The translations under genes and the position numbers were made by a program. This document shows positions 8,694-17,012 of a DNA stretch of 64,000 bases, piece after piece (positions within the stretch are counted from its first letter, which is position 1; each line of letters starts with the position of its first letter). Below the pieces are notes generated by a model. That model was given only the letters and a program-made list of their open reading frames with translations, searched no databases and was not told where the DNA came from. The stretch is from a virus. The DNA lies in IMG/VR virus record IMGVR_UViG_3300046777_001709, positions 2,534 through 66,533 of that record; one strand, given 5' to 3'.

Positions 8694-11600
8694 TTATTTA
8701 TCTAATAGTTTTTGCTCAAGATTTTCGACCTTAGAAGAAAGTTCTTTAATTGCCTCAACAAGAAGTGGTACGATTTTTTGATAATCTACAGCAAGATATC
8801 CATTATCTCTTGTCACAACTGCTTCTGGAAGAACTTCAAGTATTTCTTGAGCGATTACACCAACATCATTACCTTCTTTACCAGAATTTTCGTTCCAGTT
8901 ATAAGTATTACCACTAATTGATAATACTTTTGATAGAGGATCTTCAATAGGTACAATATTATCTTTTAGTCTTTGGTCAGATGTATGGAATGCTGTTATG
9001 TCACCAGTTACTCTAAGTTCACCATTTACATTAACAATTTGAGTTTGAGAACTCAATGACAAATCTCCAGTTGAAGTATCGATAGTATTGTCATTGGTAA
9101 CGGCAATTCTAATCTTACCAAAATATGCTTCACTAAATGCTTTAGATGATGTACCAACATATGCACCAAGGTCACTATCTGGTACAATGCCTGTATTTAA
9201 TGTAGTCTCTCCAGATACGGTAAATGTACCAGAAATATTTGTGTTTCCACCAATATAAAGATTTTTTCCAATTCCAACTCCACCCAATACAATCAAATCA
9301 CCAGTTGTTGTGGATGATGAATCAGTTCCTTTAGTAAGTCTTACAGTATTACTAAATGTTGATTGGGATTTAATTCTTAGATCACCATTAAAATTAACAG
9401 GACCATCAAATTGTGAAAGAACTTGTCCAGATGTACCTCCTTCTACAAGTAATCTTTCTTTGATAGTTACCTCATCAAATACTGCACTTAGTTTTGATGG
9501 ATCTTGTCCTGTTACTGTTGGAGTTGGAATATCATAAGAAATGGTCTCTCCACTTGACGCAGATGTCTTTGTATTGCCATTGAATACATCACCATCACTG
9601 TTCATAGCAGTATAAACTACAACGCCACAGGAACGCTCCTGGGACTGTGCTAGGAAGTCTTCTCTTTCTGTTAGCGTCTTAACCTGAATTTGTGGGAGAC
9701 CTGTAGAGTAGTTTCCTGGACCATAACCAAGATATTCAAATGTATGACCAGAAGCACGTAAGATGGAAGGTCTACGGAATTCTACAGCAATAGGAGAAAT
9801 TTTACGAATTAATGAATTTGCATCATGATTTTCTTGTCGTGTTCCGAGAGCACCACGAATTACTGATACTTGAGTAGCGTTATCACTACTCGTAATTCTC
9901 ATAATTTCATTATCAACCTGAATATAAGAACCTAAAGTAAGTCTACTTGAAGTTGAACCAGAACTACTGATTTGTATTACAGATTCACTAGTAACCGCAC
10001 TTGTTAATGTAAATGTATCATTATCATAGAATGGTACTGTTCTTGCAGCAATACTCTCACTGCCAGAATTAGATGCACCATCATTAGATGATAATCCATG
10101 TTTTAGAATATAACCATTAGATGCTGAAATAGGTGAATTTGTTCTTGCTGTAAATTGAGTTACATGTGTTTTATCAATTACAATAAACTCACCAAGATTA
10201 TTATTACTTGAATTAATAACAGTAAATTTATTACCAGAAACTAAACCGTGAGAAGATGATGTTGTGAATGTGGTAATACCAGTAGTTGAATTATAGGTAG
10301 TTCCTGTAATTAAAGAAGAATTTCCAACAACAAATGCATACTGAGAAGAAATAATAGTTGGATCACCAGAAGTTTTTGCAACTGATACTTGATTTTTTGC
10401 TGGGATAGAAGTAATTCTATAATATCCATCAGATGTAGTTCCTGCTCCAGTGAACTGAATAACATCTCCAATATTTGTCGAAATTCCAGAAATTGCAACA
10501 TTAAATCTTGCATTTCCATTTCCACTACCAATTTTTGTTTGATCAAAATAGAGTGGACCAGCACTGTATCCAGAACCATTTGCAATAATATCTGCAGAAA
10601 CAACGGCACCACCAATGACAACTACTTTTGCAGTTGCACCATTCCAAGTTCCTGTTTGTGACCCATTAAGTAGTTTTACATTATAATAAGTTCCGTCAGT
10701 ATAAGATGCACCAGAAACTAAAGAACTGTAAGTAACAATTCCAGATAGACCATGATTTCTTCCGAAAGTAATAGTCGCACTATTAGCAGAAGACGATACT
10801 GAAGAAATGGTAAGTCCAATACCAATTTGCTTCAACATTAAGTCTGCTGTTTCTCTAGTGATGCTCTTTTTGAGATCATTAGTTACAACATCACCAATTG
10901 GAGAACGCTTAGCGAATGTCTTTGCTGCGCGAGGATTTGCATCTGCATTATCTCTATCCAATTGTGGATAAAGATCTACTGGAAGTTGACCATACTTTAG
11001 ATCAGTAAATTCTGAATCAATAGCATTATTGGCATTAAGTACATAAAGATGATAGATTCCATCTTGTGTATTGTAAATGTATGGAGAAATTACTTCATTT
11101 CTGTAAATATAAAGATTACTTTGAAGATCATTTCTTTCAAATCTAGGAAGCAATGTATTTCTTACATTTACATTATTAGTAAATGATCCTGGAACATGTG
11201 CAATATCAAAAATATCAGTGGTAGAATAAGTAAATGTTACGTCATCAATGACATTGATTTTAAATATACCATTATAACCTAAGTTATCTTCACCTGCTGT
11301 ATTGTTTGTGCAAGTTACATTTTTAATAATTACAGTATCACCAGTTTGTAAATTGTGTGGTAATTCTGAAATAACTGTGACAACGTTAGAACTTACAGAA
11401 CAAGTATTAATGAATCTTGGATTTTTATTATATCCATAATCTGTACTGGCAATGCTTGTTCTTGTAAAGTCTGCATTATTTCTAGCACCAGTAAAACTTG
11501 AAGTTTGAATTACAAATCCATTTTCTGGATCTTTGGCATTAGTAAGTTCTTTTGGAATTACAACTCTAATTTTATAAAGTTTTTCATCTAGACTTCTTTC

Positions 11601-13958
11601 GTCAGCAATTCTGTTAACATATACAAGATCTGTTGAAACACCAAATGTTGCGATACCACCAGAAGTAAATGCATTATAAATCTCATTATTTGTATTGGTA
11701 TGAATGAACCAATTAGATCTAACAGGATCATATTGAACTGGTGAACCAATATCACCAGAATCTTTATCAGATACTCTACTTAAAATACTAAGATCAGTTC
11801 CACCATAAACAGTAATACTTTCTCCAAGAATTGCATTAGTATATGATGATGCAAGTTTTACTTGAGTAGAATTAATTTTTATTGCATAATATACCCTATG
11901 CTCTACAATATTTTCTGGATAATCTCCATTATCACTTAAAATAATAACTTTTTCACCAGTCTGTAAATTATGAGTTCCAATTGTAAATGTACTAGAAGAT
12001 ACTGAAGATACATTATATGTTTTTACTGAACTTGTTGTTCCTAGTGCCGTTGTAATTCCACTGGTCGAGATTACATTATCGCACATGTAAATGTCCGATG
12101 AATATGTATTTCCAGCAGCATCGAAATAAAGTTTATCTCCTTTTCTTGCACCGATACGATAACCTTGGGTTAAAGATGATGGTGGATTGTCTGCTGACGT
12201 AAAACCATAAAGATAGAGATGACTAGAAATACCTACAGATGTGGTTAATCCAACATCCAAAGATAACCATTCAATTTTATCCTCATCAAGCATGTCAATT
12301 GCTCTTGGAGGAATAATAGATGTAATAAACGCATTATTATCTTTATCGAATGCAGTTCTCTTGAATCCAGATGAATTCAGTGATATTTGTCCAAAGTTTG
12401 AGTTTGAGTTAGTGATTGAAGCATCTCCACCAGTTTCTGCATCAAAATGTTTATTAAAACCAATTGCAAAAACAGAAACAATTTGAATGAATGCATCATT
12501 ACTAATTTTAATGTGTGATGATTCCCAACCACTTCTATAAATTGCATCTGGATCTAAGTGATAGACCTGACTAGAATTAGTCTGAGATGCTCCTTGTGAA
12601 AGTGATGAACCATAAACTGGTGTTACATTTATGGTTTGATAGGATCTTGATTGCTTATCATATTTTGCAAAAGCACGGTCATCTTTCTGCAATGAAACTG
12701 CAGTAAATTGTGCAACAACTGTACTTCTAAAACCAGATGCTTTGTTACCATCAGCATGAAGACCATTCATGCCCCATACTGATCTTAAAGAACAGTTAAA
12801 GATGTATGGAGATGCACCAGAAACTGTATCTGTTTCTACGGTTACTGTTGCAGAAGATGAACTTGGACTTGGGTTGATATTTGGATATGATTCGATACTT
12901 GGGAGAAGATATGTAAATTGAGTATCACTTAGAACATTTTGAACTTTTGTTGAAATGTTATATGGGAAAACTACACCAGATCCAGATACACCTTTAATTT
13001 TAATAGGTGTTCCAGAATTAAGTCCATGATTTTCATTAGTGGTTACTGTAACAACAGAATTTGCTACAGATCCATTACCAGAAATAATATTAGAAATATT
13101 AATAGGATCGGAAGCAAATGCTCCAACAATTTCCCACTCTGGACGCTGTTTTGCAAATCCAAGTTCACTTACTGGGAACTTCTGATCAATATCACGAATT
13201 GCATTATATGCATTAGATACTTTACTGTAGTACATATCTAAGTCTGTTAGACCATATGTACCAATTTTATTCACACCATCACAGAATTCAAAACATGTTA
13301 ACTTATGGTGAGAAAATGTAGGAACAGATTGATATGTAGGATCAAAATTATCTGGATTTGTATAAACCAATCCAGTTTCATCTCCATCAAACATGGAGAA
13401 CTGCCAGAAATAACATGCTCCAGTAATTCTAAACAGAGCAGATTTTTCTACTGCTGGGTCTGTTGGATTTGGAACATACTTAGGTCTTAATTTAGTTTTA
13501 CGAAGGTCTAAACCTACAATTGAAGTTCCTCTTGGAACAACGACACCACCGTAATAACTATTAAACTTATATAAAATATTATCTTCTTGTGTTAAATCAA
13601 ATACAGAATCTAATCCTAGTGAGAGTACTGAACTTGCTAATACACCAACACCACCTGCTCTAGAAACAGCATATGCCGCTCCACCATTATCATATATTGC
13701 ATATCCAGGTCTATTATCAATTAGGTATTCTCCAGGGAATAATAATATTGTAGTTTTTTCGGTAATATCGTTATTATTTCCTTTTAAATATGAAAATCTG
13801 GCAGATTCTAAAAGTGCTCTTTGAATAGTTTTAAATGGTTGCGTTAGACTAGCACCATCATTGGTAATTGCATCCGTAGAATTTATATCGCTCGGATTAA
13901 CATATAAAATTCTACCCTCGGTGTTACGGATAAAATTGTCTAACTTATTCAAAGTCAT
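8694..13958 (-). CDS. large virion structural/tail protein with C-terminal peptidase S74 intramolecular chaperone
   Basis: 1754 aa; PFKTIQRAL head, repeated HGL/HNL-x-x-G modules, C-terminal SDQRLKDNI...GVIAQEI...VDYQKIVPLLVEAIKEL. Confidence 0.85.
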   Translation of the reverse strand: MTLNKLDNFIRNTEGRILYVNPSDINSTDAITNDGASLTQPFKTIQRALLESARFSYLKGNNNDITEKTTILLFPGEYLIDNRPGYAIYDNGGAAYAVSRAGGVGVLASSVLSLGLDSVFDLTQEDNILYKFNSYYGGVVVPRGTSIVGLDLRKTKLRPKYVPNPTDPAVEKSALFRITGACYFWQFSMFDGDETGLVYTNPDNFDPTYQSVPTFSHHKLTCFEFCDGVNKIGTYGLTDLDMYYSKVSNAYNAIRDIDQKFPVSELGFAKQRPEWEIVGAFASDPINISNIISGNGSVANSVVTVTTNENHGLNSGTPIKIKGVSGSGVVFPYNISTKVQNVLSDTQFTYLLPSIESYPNINPSPSSSSATVTVETDTVSGASPYIFNCSLRSVWGMNGLHADGNKASGFRSTVVAQFTAVSLQKDDRAFAKYDKQSRSYQTINVTPVYGSSLSQGASQTNSSQVYHLDPDAIYRSGWESSHIKISNDAFIQIVSVFAIGFNKHFDAETGGDASITNSNSNFGQISLNSSGFKRTAFDKDNNAFITSIIPPRAIDMLDEDKIEWLSLDVGLTTSVGISSHLYLYGFTSADNPPSSLTQGYRIGARKGDKLYFDAAGNTYSSDIYMCDNVISTSGITTALGTTSSVKTYNVSSVSSSTFTIGTHNLQTGEKVIILSDNGDYPENIVEHRVYYAIKINSTQVKLASSYTNAILGESITVYGGTDLSILSRVSDKDSGDIGSPVQYDPVRSNWFIHTNTNNEIYNAFTSGGIATFGVSTDLVYVNRIADERSLDEKLYKIRVVIPKELTNAKDPENGFVIQTSSFTGARNNADFTRTSIASTDYGYNKNPRFINTCSVSSNVVTVISELPHNLQTGDTVIIKNVTCTNNTAGEDNLGYNGIFKINVIDDVTFTYSTTDIFDIAHVPGSFTNNVNVRNTLLPRFERNDLQSNLYIYRNEVISPYIYNTQDGIYHLYVLNANNAIDSEFTDLKYGQLPVDLYPQLDRDNADANPRAAKTFAKRSPIGDVVTNDLKKSITRETADLMLKQIGIGLTISSVSSSANSATITFGRNHGLSGIVTYSSLVSGASYTDGTYYNVKLLNGSQTGTWNGATAKVVVIGGAVVSADIIANGSGYSAGPLYFDQTKIGSGNGNARFNVAISGISTNIGDVIQFTGAGTTSDGYYRITSIPAKNQVSVAKTSGDPTIISSQYAFVVGNSSLITGTTYNSTTGITTFTTSSSHGLVSGNKFTVINSSNNNLGEFIVIDKTHVTQFTARTNSPISASNGYILKHGLSSNDGASNSGSESIAARTVPFYDNDTFTLTSAVTSESVIQISSSGSTSSRLTLGSYIQVDNEIMRITSSDNATQVSVIRGALGTRQENHDANSLIRKISPIAVEFRRPSILRASGHTFEYLGYGPGNYSTGLPQIQVKTLTEREDFLAQSQERSCGVVVYTAMNSDGDVFNGNTKTSASSGETISYDIPTPTVTGQDPSKLSAVFDEVTIKERLLVEGGTSGQVLSQFDGPVNFNGDLRIKSQSTFSNTVRLTKGTDSSSTTTGDLIVLGGVGIGKNLYIGGNTNISGTFTVSGETTLNTGIVPDSDLGAYVGTSSKAFSEAYFGKIRIAVTNDNTIDTSTGDLSLSSQTQIVNVNGELRVTGDITAFHTSDQRLKDNIVPIEDPLSKVLSISGNTYNWNENSGKEGNDVGVIAQEILEVLPEAVVTRDNGYLAVDYQKIVPLLVEAIKELSSKVENLEQKLLDK

Positions 13959-13992
13959 TTTTTTATTAGTTACAAACCTTATTACATGTTAT

Positions 13993-14298
13993 TTATGAAG
14001 TCAGATCTTCTTCTTCAAATTCATAATATTCGTCTTGTGGCATATCTTCAGGATTCTCCAGATCTACAGGAAATAGACAAGGATGTGCCTCCTCATCTAT
14101 TAGATAGAAAGAATTTTTATAAAGATCTTCTGGTTCGTATCTCCTGTACTTGTCTGCCAATTGCATCATCTCTGGATCCGTAGATGCAATTTCTGGAAGT
14201 TCGTCAAAAGTAAAAGGTATTTCGTTTATCAAATACATTTTTACAATCATACTGCCCTTATTGTACCAACAGTATGCGTGAGTAATTTTATAAGACAT
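13993..14298 (-). CDS. conserved cyanophage hypothetical protein
   Basis: 101 aa acidic ORF, TAAATA upstream. Confidence 0.75.
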   Translation of the reverse strand: MSYKITHAYCWYNKGSMIVKMYLINEIPFTFDELPEIASTDPEMMQLADKYRRYEPEDLYKNSFYLIDEEAHPCLFPVDLENPEDMPQDEYYEFEEEDLTS

Positions 14299-14330
14299 AT
14301 TGATATTCCAATATATCTTATTTATTTTTA

Positions 14331-14403
14331 TACCCGTGGTCGGATTCGAACCGACACTGTAGAGATTTTAAGTCTCCTGTCTCTGCCATTGGACTACACG
14401 GGC
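14331..14403 (-). tRNA. trnL: tRNA-Leu (UAA), short variable arm
   Basis: Acceptor GCCCGTG/CACGGGT, anticodon arm GGAGA-CTTAAAA-TCTCT, T arm GTCGG-TTCGAAT-CCGAC; no encoded CCA. Confidence 0.9.
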
Positions 14404-14478
14404 TGGTAGGACTGCCGAGAATTGAACTCGGTTCTGCCGCTTATAAGGCGACGGCTTTAACCAATAAGCAACAGTCCC
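14404..14478 (-). tRNA. trnI: tRNA-Ile (UAU)
   Basis: Acceptor GGGACTG/CAGTCCT-A-CCA, anticodon arm GTCGC-CTTATAA-GCGGC, T arm CCGAG-TTCAATT-CTCGG. Confidence 0.88.
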
Positions 14479-14492
14479 ATAAAACCAAATCA

Positions 14493-14521
14493 ATTATAGA
14501 GGATTTGGAACTCTTTGTCAA
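14493..14521 (-). promoter_or_regulatory. sigma70 promoter for tRNA pair, TTGACA-N17-TATAAT
   Basis: Perfect consensus. Confidence 0.9.
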
Positions 14522-14703
14522 CAACCTTCTTCGTGATCTGTATGAATACGAATTAGGTCATCTTCTACTTGATGATATTCGTTGTATGGAGTCATTACAA
14601 GATTTCCTTTTGAACTTGTAATAAGAAAAGATTCTCCAGATTCTACTCGACTTAGAATAGAATCAAAGTTTTTTTGAAGTTCTTCTATTGTAATGATTTC
14701 CAT
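14518..14703 (-). CDS. Phd/YefM antitoxin-like protein
   Basis: MEIITIEELQKNFDSILSRVESGESFLIT pattern. Confidence 0.65.
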   Translation of the reverse strand: MEIITIEELQKNFDSILSRVESGESFLITSSKGNLVMTPYNEYHQVEDDLIRIHTDHEEGC

Positions 14704-14705
14704 TG

Positions 14706-14894
14706 TTAGAAAGGATTTGAATAACTCACAGTATCTTCATTGAGTTGAGATCGGACCACTTCTAACACATTCATGAATTGATCTACACTCTCACATTCAA
14801 CTACCCGTTCACTACCTTCACTAGAATATAGATAAAATTTCCTAGCAATAGTATCGACCACACAGCGGGTCAGCATTTCTTCTTGAGGAGGCAT
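14706..14894 (-). CDS. conserved cyanophage hypothetical protein
   Basis: 62 aa ORF downstream of a consensus promoter. Confidence 0.7.
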   Translation of the reverse strand: MPPQEEMLTRCVVDTIARKFYLYSSEGSERVVECESVDQFMNVLEVVRSQLNEDTVSYSNPF

Positions 14895-14920
14895 CGAGTG
14901 CTCTGCTTGATTACCCCCAT

Positions 14921-14949
14921 ATTATAGGGGGTCTTGGTCCTGGTGTCAA
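14921..14949 (-). promoter_or_regulatory. sigma70 promoter TTGACA-N17-TATAAT
   Basis: Perfect consensus. Confidence 0.9.
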
Positions 14950-14970
14950 GGGGGAAAATTTAAAAGTAAT

Positions 14971-15126
14971 TCACCATTTTTGAATTGGACATTTTTGTCT
15001 AGGAATTCTCACCTTTAATGGCATAAAACAACCACATTTTTTACATTGTCTGGTTGATTTCAAAAAATGTTCACATTGTAAACATATTTTCATTTTATCA
15101 ACTGCTTGACGTGTTCTATCATCCAT
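14971..15126 (-). CDS. second DUF6171-like six-cysteine protein (51 aa), not in ORF track
   Basis: MDDRTRQAVDKMKICLQCEHFLKSTRQCKKCGCFMPLKVRIPRQKCPIQKW; same Cys spacing as 5330-5665. Confidence 0.8.
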   Translation of the reverse strand: MDDRTRQAVDKMKICLQCEHFLKSTRQCKKCGCFMPLKVRIPRQKCPIQKW

Positions 15127-15628
15127 TTGCGGTTGCCCCACTTTCTAGTTCTTTAACTGCCTGCATAAAAATATCATTAGGGTCATAAGTTAACTCATAA
15201 ATTACATTATCTACAGAGAATGATGAATCAGAAACAAATTCTTGTATTTTTTGATCTATAATATCTTTTATTCTATTATCTCCTCTTTCAGCATAATAAT
15301 TTCCTATCAAAACAGCATTAATTGGATTATATGCTCCAAAAGATATTATCTTGTCATTAATTACTTCTGTTGATCCAATTCCAGAATTATTTGTGTCATT
15401 TATTACAATTTTTTTAGTTGATGTTCTTTCATCACCAACAGAAATATTTTTATTAATTAAAGTTTCTGGATTTGGTAAAAAATCCTTATCATATCTCGAT
15501 ACTGCATCATCAATATCTTCTAATGTAGCATCTGGTCTAATAGGAACAATCGCCCAAGTTTTATCCTCATACTCTACCCGAATTTGAGCAGGCATAATTT
15601 CCAAAATTTTATACTTCATATCAATCAA
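15119..15628 (-). CDS. hypothetical tail-associated protein
   Basis: 169 aa ORF between adhesin-like and DUF6171-like genes. Confidence 0.65.
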   Translation of the reverse strand: MIDMKYKILEIMPAQIRVEYEDKTWAIVPIRPDATLEDIDDAVSRYDKDFLPNPETLINKNISVGDERTSTKKIVINDTNNSGIGSTEVINDKIISFGAYNPINAVLIGNYYAERGDNRIKDIIDQKIQEFVSDSSFSVDNVIYELTYDPNDIFMQAVKELESGATANG

Positions 15629-15644
15629 ATTGGTTTGAAATTAT

Positions 15645-16544
15645 TTATCCTACTCTACCTGCTCTGGTTCCAGTTGAAATCCAGGTAACATTACTATTAT
15701 TTACAATATAAAACCCTGATAGTCCACCACTAGAACCTGCAGTTCCAGCAGTATAATTTCCATTAGAACCTGCAGTTCCTGCTGAACCATTATTACCCCA
15801 GTCACCACCAGCACCACCAGTTCCACCACTACCAGCATTAGTTCCACCAGCACTTCCAGAGGAACCACCAGTTAAAGATTGATTATATCCTCGTCCCACT
15901 CCACCAGCACCTCCAGTTCCTCCTGCAGTTATAACGGTTGATGTTGAGTTTACTGCACAGTAACAAAGACCATTATATACGCCATAAGTTCCGGGATAAT
16001 AAAACGAACAAAGAGAATTGCATTGTCCTGAACCAACACTACCAAAAGCAGATAGATCTCCAACTATTGTTTGTGTAGTAGTAGTATAAGAACCTTGACC
16101 ACCAGTACCGCCTTGTCCTCCACCTCCACCACCGGCATAAATCGTTCCTTGATTGTTTATAGAAATTCCGCTAGAACCTGCAAAAATAGCATTTCCTCCA
16201 GTTCCACCATTTGCTGCACCACCAGCACCTTGAATACTTCCATTATTCTCAATTTTTAAACTACCACCTAGTCCAGAAGGAATATTTAAAGCATAGTTTG
16301 CCGTGCTTGTAGCACCTACAATAACTCCAGAATTAACAATAACTCTTTTTCTTTTAGTTGAAGTCCATGCTGTTGCGCCAAAAATATTATTAAAAGTAGT
16401 TTGTAGATTAAGATTAGTTGTTGTTTGTGAAATAATTAATAAAAACTCATTTGCATCTGAAATATTATTAACAAAAACCCATTGGTTATTTTGTCGAATA
16501 TAAGCATTTACATCAATCCAAGTATTATTTTGTCTTAATTTCAT
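15645..16544 (-). CDS. glycine-rich gp38-like tail adhesin with 4-Cys insert
   Basis: IQGAGGAANGGTGGNAI, IYAGGGGGGQGG, GGVGRG, GGAGGDWG; paralogous to 5690-6808. Confidence 0.7.
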   Translation of the reverse strand: MKLRQNNTWIDVNAYIRQNNQWVFVNNISDANEFLLIISQTTTNLNLQTTFNNIFGATAWTSTKRKRVIVNSGVIVGATSTANYALNIPSGLGGSLKIENNGSIQGAGGAANGGTGGNAIFAGSSGISINNQGTIYAGGGGGGQGGTGGQGSYTTTTQTIVGDLSAFGSVGSGQCNSLCSFYYPGTYGVYNGLCYCAVNSTSTVITAGGTGGAGGVGRGYNQSLTGGSSGSAGGTNAGSGGTGGAGGDWGNNGSAGTAGSNGNYTAGTAGSSGGLSGFYIVNNSNVTWISTGTRAGRVG

Positions 16545-16566
16545 ATTATATTCCTACTATCCAAAT

Positions 16567-17004
16567 CTAAGATAATCCTAATAAAACTTTTAAATCATCA
16601 ATTGTTAAACCCAATGACTCAATTTTCTCTTGTGGTGTTAAATTATTAAAAATTTCTGTTTCTACAATATCTTTTAAAATCCATTCATCTTCCCAAATTA
16701 AATATTTTCCTGCAGAAATTTCTGGAGGTACATCTTCTGTACAATTTTCGGGAATTATAAGAGGATTATCATTTATAATTTGAGAACCGTTATTTTTATT
16801 ATAATAAATTCCTCTTTTATCCTTTATTATGTCCCAAGATTCACCATTAAAAATAGGAATATAACCCTCAGAAAATTGTGGAGGTTCAATTCCAGTAGCA
16901 TGTGCAGGAATTAACCATACTCCAGGAGGATCTAGTGGTGATGGTTCTGCAATTCCTTCACAAATAAAATGATTATATTCTGGATGATAGTGATAAATTC
17001 TCAT
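16567..17004 (-). CDS. tail fibre assembly chaperone (Tfa-like)
   Basis: PSPLDPPGVWLIPAHATGIEPP...FNGESW..IKDKRG; follows tail-collar fibre. Confidence 0.75.
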   Translation of the reverse strand: MRIYHYHPEYNHFICEGIAEPSPLDPPGVWLIPAHATGIEPPQFSEGYIPIFNGESWDIIKDKRGIYYNKNNGSQIINDNPLIIPENCTEDVPPEISAGKYLIWEDEWILKDIVETEIFNNLTPQEKIESLGLTIDDLKVLLGLS

Positions 17005-17012
17005 GGTTTTAA

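Noticed and set aside
5690-16544. Diversity-generating retroelement acting on the adhesins
   Set aside because: No reverse transcriptase and no template/variable repeat pair with adenine-specific mismatches visible in this window.
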